DNA of 64,000 bases from Neovahlkampfia damariscottae (Eukaryota). The notes under the pieces were generated by a model that had not been told where the DNA came from, did not search any database, and saw nothing but the letters and a program-made list of their open reading frames with translations. The stretch lies in contig JABLTG010000034.1 of assembly GCA_016618085.1 (NCBI GenBank), positions 62,001 through 126,000 of the forward strand, given 5' to 3'. Positions 36,368-49,338 of the stretch are shown piece by piece. The number at the start of each line of letters is the position of its first letter. Within the stretch, counting starts at the first letter, position 1. Position numbers and translations under genes: made by a program.

Positions 36368-38955
36368 TTAACTCAAATTTTCGTCTCTCAACAAAATGCC
36401 AAATAACAAGAAAATTGATGAAATTAAGAATCCAAGAGTTTCAAATATAAATTTCGGTGCAAAAATGGCCCAAATCATCTGTCAAAAAAATGTCAAAAAA
36501 AAATCAGAATTATACCAAATGTCTTCTTAAAATCATTGTAAAAATCATGTTAAAAAATAATAAAATTCCATTAATGAGTAAAAAGTAATTATAACAATTT
36601 GAAATCAATGGAAATATAAATGACATTAAAATTTGAGGTGCAAAGATGTTTAACATTACTAATACTCCCGATAGATTATTTGCTTCATCAATTCCAACAA
36701 AACCAGCATTCCAATTGATAGTATTGAATGTATTTTGTTGACCAAATGAAAAATAATACTGACGAATGATTAAAATCCAAATGAATGTGTTTGCAAAATT
36801 TTCAATTTTTTTTGATTTTAAAATATTCAAAAATGAAATCATTTGTACAGAAAAAAATAAAAATGAAAATGAAAATTCAGGTCCTTTTAACATTAAAAAT
36901 GAAAACAAAAATGTTCCAAAAATTTTGTTAAAGTTTTTTTCTTTTCTCAAAAAAGTGTAATATAGAATTGAAATAAAATAAATAAATCTTGGAATCCATA
37001 ATGAGTCAATTATTTCTTCATATTTTAATAACCAATAAATATAAATTGGTATGATTGAACTAATTGAAAAAATGGAATGAAGAATTTCTATTTTTTCATT
37101 CAAGATGATTGTGATTAAAATTAGAATTATTGAAATAAAAACTTCAAAATGATGAAATTCGTATGGTTTTATATTCATTAAATGAGTACCATGAGATCGA
37201 AAATGTATTGAATTTTTCGAAAATCTAATCATTAATATCAAAATTAAATAATTTAAAAAGTGTTTAAATGATAAAACTTCGTAACTTGATTTGTTGAAAA
37301 ATTTGATGAAACAAAAAGTTAAAATAAAGAAAAGTATGATTCTATCTTCATATATTATAAAACTATTTGATGAATATGAAATTGAAATGATCAATAAGCT
37401 GAAAATAGAAAAACAATTTTCAAAATCCAAATTTTCGATTGGAAATTCAATACTTTCTATTTTCAAGTTTAAAATATAAATAAATGATATAATAAATGAT
37501 ATTATCATGGTGTATTGATTTAATAAAGAAAAAAAATTCAAAAATGTTAAATATTTCACAGTATTTTTTTTTCCAATATTTGATTTGAATAAAATCAACC
37601 ACAAATTGAAAAAAATAATAACTATTCCAAAAATCATCAGAGGAATATTAAAAGTGGACCAAATCATTCTACAATCTTTTGAAATTTCTAATAAAAAATT
37701 TTGAAAATTTTTGAGATCAAAATTTTTTTCATCAACAAATTTCAAAATCTTAAATGAAAACTTTTCAAAATTAACATCAAAAGTTGAATATTCTTTGAAA
37801 TAAGATAAAATTTGATATAAATTAATGAAATATAAACTTTTCAATTTTTCAATTTCAAAAAAATCAGGTATCAATTTTCCTAAATTGCCAAATGGAATAG
37901 GAATCCCAAATAACAAAGATATTGTTGGTACTATATCAATCTGCGGTATTTCTTCAATATTTTTCGATTTATTGAACTCCATTAAAGGTGAATAAACAAA
38001 TAAAGCTGATTCTATTTCTAAATTTGATTCTCCACCATGATTACCCTAAACTATTAAAATACAATTTAATTCGTACATCATCTGTCATTCCATGATCACC
38101 AAAAACCATCAAAATAGTATCATTATCCATTTTATTAACTATAGTTTCAAGTACTTTATCCATTTGTTTTAATTTTTCATACATTCTTTGATGATATATA
38201 CCAAATGCATGACCTGCATGATCAACACCTAAAAAGTGAAGAACTAAAAAATCGAATTTTTGAAAATTGAAACTCTTGCCAAATTCTTGATCTAATTTAT
38301 ATTTTTTTTCAATTTCCTTTTCATTTCCAATCAGTTCTGAGTTTAAATATCTTAAAATTCCATTATCTAAAAAATTAACATTCTAAAGACATTTACCAAC
38401 AGAATCTAAATCTTTGACATTAAATGCTGGAAATAATCTACTTCTTGTAAAATATGTTGAGTTAAATAAATTTCCCCAAGTATCATCTCCAAGAATGACT
38501 GTTGATTTATTGTGAATTTTTAATTGGTGAATTAAATTATCAGATTGTAATAAATCCGAATCAAAATTCTTTCCAGCATCTAAAAATGTTGGTAAATTAC
38601 CACATAATAATCCTTTTAATCTTTGTGAAGTTGTTGTTGGAGCATCAGAGATAAATTTAAAAAGTTTAGAATTCTTTTTCTCCAATAATTCAAATAAATA
38701 AGGAAAGTGACCTTGATAAATCTTTGACTCATTTAATAAGAAATCAAATCTAAGAGCATCAATAATGAACCAAATAATTTTTTTTTCTTTTTTAAATATT
38801 TTTTTACAAGTTGGACACACTACTCCTTCAGTTGTGATATTTTTGCATTCATTTTTTTTCTCAATTTCTAGTCTTGTTAAGAAAAATCCATTTATGAATG
38901 TATAAATTCCAATAAAAAACAAACTACAAAAGAACAAAACTGTTATAAATCTCAT
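36368..38955 (-). CDS. PIGO: GPI ethanolamine phosphate transferase 3 (PIG-O/Gpi13)
   Basis: GFFLTRLE, IIDALRFDF, DAPTTTSQRLKGL, GDDTW, HFLGVDHAGH, GDHGMTDDGNHGG and RRHLMIWAIFAPKFIF. Start could be 38955 or 38982. Confidence 0.92.
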
Positions 38956-38985
38956 TGGTTGTAAAAAATCCGATCCAATCATTTG

Positions 38986-39819
38986 ATGTTTTTAAAAAAA
39001 TTTTGCAAAGAAAACACAAAATTGTTTTCACAAACAACGAGATTATATAATCAAAATAGTTATCAAATTTTGAGCAATTTGAGAAGAAAAATACCAACTG
39101 AAGAAAAAATTACAGAAGACACCACAAAATTAAAAGAAAGATTTTTATTACAATTAAAAAGAAAGAAAAAAAGAGAAACTGAGATAGAATTTCCAAAATT
39201 AAAAGGTATTAAAGAACATTTATGGGATAATATTGCTGGTTTTAAACATTTTGTTGGTAAGAGAAAAAGAAAAGAGTTTAACACCCAAATAGCTCCACAA
39301 GTAAATAAAGAAGAATTACAACAATTATTAGATTGTGAATATGAATCTGATACTTTTGTTTTAATTGACGTCAGAAGTTTTTTACGTGCTGAAGATTTCA
39401 AAATACCAAAATCAGTCACTCTTCCAGGTAAAAACAAAGTTTTTTTTTAAATTTTATCAAAAGTTGACGATATAACAGAAGACTGTCTGAGCCTTTCAGA
39501 AGAACATTTTGAACAAAGATATAAATTCAAAAAACCTGATTTAACAAAAAATATAATTTTATTCAGTGATTCAAGTGAAGAAGCAGAAGTAGCTGGATTT
39601 ATTTTGCAATTTTATGGATATCCATCAGTTACAATTTATAGAGGAGGTGTTCAAGATTGGTTTGGATCAGAGTTCAAAGTATCAGTTCAAATAAAACCAC
39701 AATACGAACACAAAAATGAAGAAGAACTTTGGAAACCATATGAACAAGAATTAAAAGTTAAAGATGCAATTGAAGAATTTGAAGAAATGTTTCCAAAAGC
39801 AAAGTCTCTTACAAAATAA
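38986..39819 (+). CDS. Rhodanese-like domain protein with a mitochondrial-type N-terminus
   Basis: VLIDVRS, KIPKSVTLP, FEQRYKFKKP and YRGGVQDW; one intron near 39428-39463. Confidence 0.75.
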
Positions 39820-39839
39820 AGACTTGAAACAACAAGATT

Positions 39840-40687
39840 TTATTCAACTAAACCACATTTTGTAATTCTAATATCATGAAATGGTTTGTGTTTATCATCA
39901 ACTCTTTGACTTTCAATAGTTCTTAAAACCTTTTCTCCATCAATAATTCTTCCAAAAACAACGTCTTTTAATTGAAGAAATTAATTTTTTTTGTTTTTGT
40001 TACGTTTTCCATCTAACCAGTCAGTTTTGACTGTTGTTATAAAAAATTGAGCACCATTTGTATCTTTTCCAGCATTTGCCATTGAGAGAGCACCTGGAAA
40101 ATGCTTAATATGAAAATTTTCTGTTTACAAAAATTAGTTCAAAACGAAAATGGTACCATCAGGAAAAGTTTTTCCATAAATACTTGAACCACCTGTACCA
40201 TCATTATTTTCATAATCACCACCTTTTAAATGATAAATTCAATTATTCAAACCTTGTATCATGAATTGTTTCATAACTCTATGAAAAGATGAATTCTTAT
40301 AACCATGTCTTTTCTTTTGAGAAATACAAAGTTGTTTGAAATTCTCAACAGTTTTTGGAACTATTAAATTTAGATTCATTTTTAAATACCAATTTCATCA
40401 AATAAACCGAAAGTCATTTTTCCGATTTTTTTTGTTCCAATTTCAATATCCATGAATACTTTTGTTCCTATTGTTGGTTTCTATTGAAATATTAGTTATT
40501 TTTCGATTATTTTGCAAACTGAATAGTTTGGAGTCTTTGGAATAAGAGCAAGGACTGAAAATAAAGCAGCAACTGTACCAACTATAATAAATAAAAGAAA
40601 TCCGAATTTCTTTGCTGCTACATCAGGGTTTGATGGTGGCACATATTTAGTTTGATTTGGATTCTTGGTTTTTCTCATCTTTACCAT
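39840..40687 (-). CDS. Cyclophilin-type peptidyl-prolyl isomerase with N-terminal membrane anchor, 6 exons
   Basis: Spliced [38 protein letters not shown] and WLDGKHVVFG; largely missing from the ORF track. Confidence 0.93.
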
Positions 40688-40747
40688 TTTTAAACGTTTT
40701 TATTGGATGGAATAAAAACAACCAATATTTTTCTGTTTAAAATTAAT

Positions 40748-41589
40748 TTATTTTTTCAATTTTTTCTTTTCCCATGGTTTTAATTTTTTTTCAATTTTGG
40801 AATCCGTAAATTTTGGATTGGTACTTTTTGGTTTATCATCAACAGTTGAAATATCAAATGATCCCAACCCAGTCTGCAGAGTATTTATTATATTCATATA
40901 TTCTTTTGAGTATGGTGATTCATTCAATATTTCTTGTTCTGTTGGCGCCAAATCAGGATTAATTTTTTTTTCATTTAATTTTCCTAATAATCTATCAAAA
41001 GTTTCAATGGCTTCATCATTTGAAGCAGGTTCTTCCATCAAGAAGTTCAACTGATTTCTAAAGTCTCTCTCAATATCATCTATTGGAAAATCTGGTGTCA
41101 ACAGATCATTATCATCTTCTGCAGTATTCTGGTGGTTTTGAATATCATTTGCCATTTGACTATAATACTGGTCTTCAAAAGGATCATCCACAGACTGTCT
41201 TGAATTTTCCCAATCAAGAGTATCCTTTAAACCTTTTGAAGAAAGCTTTCAAAACAAAAGTAATATTACCTCGTAGCAAACTGTCAACATGATCGCTATG
41301 TTTGTCGTCTTTTTTTTTTGAAATTCTCGTTTGTCTGTCAATTTCATGAATTTCTTCTTGAGTTAAAAAATCATTATCATATTTATTTGTAACAGCTGAA
41401 TTGTATAAAATAAAACAATACTTTACCTTCTTCAAATATTTTATCAAAGTCAAATGGTTGATTTAATTTTTCTTGAATATCGGCACTTGGGTTATTTTCT
41501 ACAACTACATTTTCAATTAGATTATGTTCCAATTTCTTTTTTTCCCATGGTTTTAATTTTTTTTTTTTATTTTTTTTTTCTTCACTCAT
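40748..41589 (-). CDS. Hypothetical acidic protein with KKLKPWEKKKL at both termini, 3 exons
   Basis: Three ORFs joined in frame by two GT-AG introns. Confidence 0.7.
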
Positions 41590-41784
41590 GTGATTGGATT
41601 TTTCAGAAAAAAAAAAAAAATAATTGGATAAAAAAAAAACAAACGTTATATTTTTAGAAATTCACTTCTACATCTTTTTACGACAGAAATACTTTCAAAG
41701 TAACACAGTGTCAAATAAACATTGACTGGATGTTTTCAAAACAACTAACAAAAAAACAAGAGAGCAAAATAACATTTATTCAGT

Positions 41785-42304
41785 TTACATTTTTGTTTGA
41801 TCTTCCCAATCATTTTTTGGAAAATTCAAACCATCCATAGGGTCAACTTCATCCATTGATTTTTTACGATCCCCAATGGTGCTATCACGATATTTTTGAA
41901 GATAAAATTTTAAAATTTCAACGTAATTATCAAATCCAAGTGAAGATAATGCATAAATTATATCTTCACCATTAATTGTTTTTCTTTTTTCTTGAACACA
42001 TCTGTCTGAAGCTCTTTTTTTTATTTTTATCAAAATTTTTTTTTTTCTTACTCCGAAGTTACGAAAGCGATAAATTCTGATACACATTCTTGAGAGCATT
42101 CTTTAGCATCTTTTGAAATTTTTGCTGTCTAAATATTTTAAAAACTTAAAAAAAATTGCTACGTACTTCAGGTAAACCTCTTCTCATAATTTTGGTTACA
42201 TTTGCGATTGGAAGGAAGAATTCTTGTTCACCATCAACATATTCTTTTGAAGTGTTTAAATTTTCTTCAGAAATTTGTTCTATTTTGTCTTTTGAGTCGT
42301 CCAT
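41785..42304 (-). CDS. NFYB: CCAAT-binding factor subunit B (NF-YB/Hap3), copy 2, 3 exons
   Basis: [65 protein letters not shown]; introns at 42129-42166 and about 42014-42051. Confidence 0.93.
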
Positions 42305-42523
42305 TATTCAACCTTGGATTTGTGTTGTTTTGTAACGATTTTTTTTGAAGAATTGACCAATCAACGTTGATCAATTTTAAAATTAGAAAATGAAAAAATA
42401 ATTTGATTTTTGATTGTGCACCTTGATTTTGTATATTTTACTTTTTCACAACAATCATGGTGGAATTAAGCACTATTTAACATTGACCAATTAAAACTAA
42501 ACATTTCTAAATACTAACAAAAA

Positions 42524-43805
42524 ATGGAGTTGATGTTAAATTGTTTCAATTTCATATATTATACATTTGAATATATTTTTGAATTACTGTATGCTACAAT
42601 TTATGGACACGGAACTAACTACCTTGAAGAATCAATAACAAAAAAATTTGGATTAAAAGTCAAAGTGCATACATCAACAACAAAAGATGGTTGTGTAATA
42701 AAATCTTATCAAATTTTACCAAAAATTCAAAATGAAAATAATCAAAAATTAATTTTCTGTCAACATGGTTCGCAGAATTAGTTTTTTTTTTAAACTTAAT
42801 TAAGGTTTTTTTGAAACTGGAGGAACATTCATTGTTTTTAAAAACTCATTGGCGATTCAGTTATGTGAACTTGGATATGAAGTTTGGATTGGACATAATA
42901 GAGGTTCATCATTTGGTCAATTGACATCACATTTCAATGATGAATTTTGGAATTATTCAATTGATGATATCATTCAATATGATTTAAAATGTCAAATTGA
43001 TAAAATGTTTGAAATAACAGGACAAAATAAATTTGCGTATGTTGGACAATCTCAAGGTTTGAAAAAAAAAAAACATTTCTTAAAGCATTAGGTGGAACTC
43101 AAATTATGGGTTTCCTTAATCATTATCCAGAGTATTTGGATAATATTTCATTTTTAACAATGATTGCACCTGCTATTTTTGTCAGAAAACCAAAAAAATT
43201 GTTTGAAATATTGTTTCTAACTTGTTTAAGGCTTATAAATTTATTATTGTCATTTCCACCAAATTTTTATGGAAAAAAAGAATTTTTTAAACTATTACAT
43301 ATTGGACAAAAAACTGTTCCTTCCTTTATTGCCAAATGGACAAGAAATTTTATCATGTTTGGATTGGGTTTGGTCAATCAAAATTGCGCAGCTGATAGTT
43401 CCATTTTTAAATCTGTTCCTGAAGGATGTTGCTCTAGTAAATACTAATTTTTCTAAAAAAATCTATCTAGGTAAACATGCAATTCATTGGTTTCAAAATT
43501 TATCTGTTGGTGGGAGATTTCAAAAATTTGATTTTGAATCTTTTCAAGAGAATAAATATGAAAAACAAAAAAATTCAAAAAAATGTTATGATATTGAAAG
43601 TCTTCATAAAATACCAAGTCTTTATATTTTAGCAAAATTAGATCCGGTTATTGATAACGAATTGATTGTATCAGAATTTGAAAATGTTCATCCAATACAT
43701 TTGGAGGAAGATTTCTCACATTTAGATTTCACATGGTGCGAAGAAGGATGTGATATTTTATTTGATAATTTTATCAATTATTTTAAAAAATCCGCAAAAT
43801 GGTAG
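42524..43805 (+). CDS. Alpha/beta-hydrolase lipase (lysosomal acid lipase/steryl esterase-like)
   Basis: TTKDG, QHG, GYEVWIGHNRG, FWNYSIDDIIQYD, nucleophile motif GQSQG and FSHLDFTW; several short introns. Confidence 0.88.
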
Positions 43806-43873
43806 AAAAGAAGGTGTAATTGGTTGAATATGAAAGTTACTTGAATCCATAAAGAAAAAGGATTTTATTTTAT

Positions 43874-46800
43874 TTAAAACATTTCATATTCTTCTTGTGG
43901 ATTACTATTGCTTCTATTTAAAATATTCAAAATATCAGGATGATCAAGATCATAATCTTCAGCATCATAATCTGTCATCAAATCTGTCAAATCAGATGAT
44001 TCAACTGAATGAAGTCTTGGACTCTGAAAACCAAATGTATACTCAGTTTCATCTACAATTTTTACAATATCTAATATTGCTTCTCCACGTTCTAAACGAT
44101 GATTATCTTCAAATTCTTGTTTTCTAAATTCACCATTTCCTGCATTGTTCAATACTTCTAAATCTAGTGAACCTCTTTTATATTTCCTCTTTGGTTTTGT
44201 TTCTAATACTTCTAATGCCATTTCAGAATTTGATATTGATTTCATTTTTTGAATACTTTTTGATTGATCTTGTGGGTCAGGTTGACGTACAACACTATTT
44301 GATCTTGATTTAAAAATCTTAAAAATATTTGAAACATTATTAAAAATTGAAGAATGATCATCAGCTCTTGGTGATAAATTTGGATCTGATATTGGTGAAT
44401 CAGTTTTCTTTTTTCCTCTTAAACTTAATTTTGGTGTTGAAATTAATTTTGAATTTCTTTTTGAATTCAATTTCTTTCTTGAATCTCTTGGATCACAATT
44501 GGATAATATATATTGTTTCATTTGTTTATACTCTTGAAGTCTATTATTCAATTTATGTGGATAAATAATTTGATTGGAAGAAATAAAATCAGAGAAAGAT
44601 TTTTCAATCATTTTATCACATAATGTTATTGGTGTATCATTTGAAGAATCTTTTTCATAAATATTACCATTAGATTTTTTCATCAATTCAAAAATTAATC
44701 TGACTGTTTGAAAATTACCATATTTAACTGCATAATGTAATGGACTTTGTTCAGTCAATTTTTCTTTTGCTTTTATCAAATTTTCATATTTTTCAAGTTC
44801 AAAATTTTCAAGAATGTATTCCAAGACATCAACTCTTCTCGATTTTGCAAGCATATGAAAAATATTTCTTGAAATATTATCAGTTGCATACATATCAACA
44901 CCTTTTGTATTTAAAAATAATTTGATTAATTCCAATGATGATGATTCTAATGCAAAAAAAAGAGGAGTCAGACCCATATGATCTTTTGAATTTAATTTTA
45001 CAATTGATTTTTTTAAGATCCATTCAACTGCATATTTATCATTATCTTTCAATGATTCATGTAATAAATTCATTCCATTTACTTTTTTTGCATTTAAATC
45101 TGCACCAAATAATAATAAATGTTCACAAATATTCCAATAATGATTTTTTACAGCTAAATAAAGAGGAGTATATCCAAAAGCATCTTTTAAATTCAATTTA
45201 GCTCCACTTCCAAGTAATAATATTGTAATCTCTTCAGAACCTGAATTTGATGATAAATGAAGTGGTGTTCTTTTTGATTGATCAACTGCATTTGGATCAC
45301 ATCCTTTGTCAATTAGATATTCAACTATTTTTACATGTGAACCTAAAACAGCAAAATGAAGTAAGGTTTGATTAAATCTCAATTGTGAAAATAATGTTTC
45401 ATTGAAAATAGAGTTTGTTGTTTGATTCTCATTTGGATCTTGTAATAATTCTTTAACAAGATCAAAATTTCCTGAAACAACAGATTTAATCAATTTATCA
45501 TCTCTTAAAAATGGATCTGAAGATGTTGGAGATAACAAAGTTTCTTCTTCAATTGGTTGATCATCCTTGGATTGAATTTCTAATTTTGGATCTATTTCAT
45601 TTAAATCAGATGATGATTCATTTGTTTGTATTGGTAATACATTGGATGACAAAGTAGTAAATTCTTGTAATTTTTTGTTTGATTTTGGATTTTTAAATCT
45701 CTTATAAAATTTGATGACCAATTGATTTACTTCTTTTTCAGGTAATTCAAATAAAGTTGGATCTTTTGATTTATATTTCAACAATATTGATGCAATTGTA
45801 TTTGATGATAATTCTAAAATTTGTGATGATTTGATTGGTGAAAAATATTGATTAAAAATTGTTTCAATACTCGTTTCATTGATCTCAGAAGAATACAAAT
45901 CAATTAAAAATTGAACATAATGATCCATTTCTTCTGATTTCAAATATTTTCTGAATTTTGAAAATTGTTTGTTTTTCCTAATTGATTCAAATGTAATTTC
46001 TTCTCTTTCAATTTTTGAATCTCCCAAGAATTCTCTTAAATCCACAGGTTTTTCTTGTTCAATTCTACTCTCTTTTAAAATATCACGAAAATCAAATTTT
46101 TCAATTCTACTTTCTTTCAATGCATCTCGGAAATCAATTTTATTGGCTACTTCTTCTTTTTCAATTTTATTCTCAACAACCCTAGATTCTATTTCATCCA
46201 CTATTGTTGATGATTCTACTACTTCATTTTGTTCCATTTTTTTTGTTCCTTCATTTGAAATCAATTTTGTTATTGGATTTATTTTCTCTAAAACTTTTTT
46301 AATCTTTAATAATTCTTTTGGTGATTCTTTAACATTCAAAAGATAATTTTTCATTTTTAAATATCTCTTGACTTTATCTTGAATTTTTTCAAGTGAATAA
46401 TGATTATTTGACATTATATAATCTTTAAATATTCTTTCAGCAACTTGATCACATAATATTATTGATGTATCACCAAATTTATCTTTTGAATGAATAGTAA
46501 CACCAACCATTTGAAATATTTTTGTCATTAACTTTACAGTTCTAAATGTTCCATATCTAACAGCATAATGTAATGCATTTTGACCTGTTAATTTTTCACA
46601 TGAACCAACAGATGAAGCAAATTTTAAAATTATATTATTTTCAATCAAATAAAATAAAAAATCATCTCTCTGATTTCTTGCAGCAAAATGAAAGAAATTT
46701 CTTGAATTATTATCTTCAATTTCAATATTTACTCCATCAATTTTCATATATTTTATAATTAAAGGAAGAGGTGATTTCTCTAAAGATCTTAAAAATGGTG

Positions 46801-48271
46801 TTTGACCTAAATTATCTTTTCCATTTAACTTATTTTTTCCTTTTTCTAAAATCCAATCTAATGTTTTTGAATCACCATATTGTAATGATTCATGTAATAC
46901 AGTCATTCCATTTTTCTTTTTAATTTCAAAATCTGCACCAAATAAAGATAAATTTTGAGCAACTTCCCAATGATGATATTTTACACTTAATGCTAAAGGT
47001 GTATAACCCATTGAATCTTTGATATTTATATTTGCACCATATCCTAATAACAATAAACAAATTTCTAAATTCCCAGAGAATGCTGCTCTATGAAGTGCTG
47101 TTTTCGATAAATCATCAACTTGATCAATATCAACTTTTTTTTCAACTATAAATTCTTTAACTTCTTGATAATTTCCTGATATTACAGATTGTATGAATGG
47201 ATTTGAATGTGCATATTTCAATTGTGGTCTCATGGTCGAAAATTTTTTTTCTAATTTTTTAATTTCTTCAGAAGAAGATAATTGTCGTTTTTTTAATTTT
47301 TCTTCTGAACCCTCTGAACCATCTGATTCTTCATCTTCTTCTGCTTCAAATCTTGAATGATTTTCTGATTTCTTTGGATCTTTATATTTTGCAAAACATT
47401 TTAAAATTTTTTTCGTGACTTCTTGTTCAGCTAAATCAAATAAGTTTGGATCTTTTGCTTTATATTTTATAATTAACCAAGAAAATGTATTATCATGTAA
47501 TTTTAAAGGTATATTTGCTTTGACTGGAGAAATATAATCATCAAACAATTTTTGAATCATTTTTTGAGTCAAAATTTCTTTTTGTGATTTTGCTTGTTGT
47601 AAATCGATTAAAAAATTTAAATAAACTTCAAGATTATTTGTTTTTAAATACTTTTTAAATTTTGAAAATTCTTGTTTGTTTTTTTTTAAATCTTCAAATG
47701 TAATAGTTTCATTTGGTTTCATTGAAGAATTTTCTAAAAATTTCCATAGATCCATTTTTTCTAATGGTTTTTCTTCAATTCTTGATTCTTTTAATAAGTC
47801 TCTGAAATTTAATTTTTCTACTCTTGATTCTTGTAAAATATCTCGTAAACCAAAAGTTTCCTTTTTTACTTGATTTTCTTTCAGTATATCTCTTAAATGA
47901 AGTCTTTCTTTTTGTTCACTTTCTTCTTCATCTTCATCTTTTTCTTCCAAAATCGAACCAATTTTAAATTGTTCTAATATAAATTTGGCTTCGCTTGAAT
48001 GTCCATATCTGTAAAAATCATCCGTTGAATTTGAACCAATATGTTTTAAAATTAATAATCCACCCTTATATTTTTAATTGATTTTAATGTTTACTGGATG
48101 TTTGGAAATGAAAGGAGTAATGTCATAAACTTCGTTGTTAATTATTGTCCATGCATCAATCTCTTTGTTATGCCGAGATACTTCATCTTTAGTAAATTTT
48201 ATGTCATCTCCTCCTCCAGGAAGGAAACAGTCCTTCAGCAGAGTTGAGGTTTTTGAAGCAGTTTGCATCAT
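43874..48271 (-). CDS. Cytochrome b5-like heme domain + two tandem RGS-like/ankyrin-repeat modules (about 1455 aa)
   Basis: A 30-nt intron at 48065-48094 joins ...VYDITPFISKHP to GGLLILKHIGSNSTDDFYRYGHS, in frame with ORF 43874-47950. Two RGS-like folds and two ankyrin blocks (TALHRAA, TPLHLS, SPLHYAV). Confidence 0.85.
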
Positions 48272-48425
48272 CCAGAGCCAATGAAATTGTCTCTTTCCTA
48301 ATCTGGATAAGGAAAATTGAATAATTCCTGTTCAAAAATAATATTTATTTTCCGAATAATTTAGTTCTAAATATTTGAATTTTTAAATTAAAATTATTGG
48401 TCCACGAATTTTTGGTTCCACAAAA

Positions 48426-49302
48426 ATGCATTCGATAAAAGCAAGACAAAAAGCACAAAACAAAAATCGAAAGAAAGTTCCAACAAAAAAAATTTCAGTT
48501 CCAAAAGCTGAAATTGAAGTTATTCCACAACAACAACTTCTTGATAATCCACTTATGGTTTTTAGTTCAATGGCTGGTTTAATGAAAGATGATTTTCCAG
48601 AAGAAGATGAAAAACCAAAACAACAATTAAGTGATGATGATTCAGATGATTCAGATGAAGATTATGGAATTCCAAAAATTGAACTTGATGAACTAAACAC
48701 AAACAACCCAAAAAAAATTCGTGAATTAGAAAACGAAAGACAACAAAAAATTGAAGCAATACGGTTAGTTCTTTATTTTTTTTAAATAAATTGAAGTTCA
48801 AAAAAACAATGGGTCAAAAGAAAAAACAGAACAACTTGTGGTAAATGTGTAAGGAAAAAAAAAAAAAACTAAAATTATTGTTAAATAGATCGTATGTGCA
48901 GATAATGTATTTTCAAGATGTCAAACAAATTTTGGTTACATTATGTTGGCAATGATAATTCTAAGTGTCTTCTTTATGTTTTATATTAAAGTCAATGAAG
49001 AAGAATTTATTATCAAAGGAGATAATGAAGAAATTGATTACTATAAAATTTTGAATTTAGATAAATCAGTAGATCAAAAACAATTGAAAAAAGGTTATAG
49101 AAAAGCGGTACTCAAATGGCATCCTGATAGAAACAGAGATTGTGGGCAGAAATGTAATGACAAAATGGCTGAAGTCACAGAGGCTTATATTATTTTGGCA
49201 AATCCAGAAACAAGAGCATTTCATGATAGATTTGGTGTCAGACCACCAAAACATCTTATTGAAATTGCAAAAGCTAAACATGGAGGAAGAGGAAATATGT
49301 AA
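48426..49302 (+). CDS. Membrane-anchored DnaJ (J-domain) protein, 3 exons
   Basis: DYYKILNL...KWHPDRN...EAYIIL with a TM segment before the J domain; 2 introns. Confidence 0.88.
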
Positions 49303-49338
49303 TAAAAAACTCATGAATTACAAAAATAATTTATTAAT

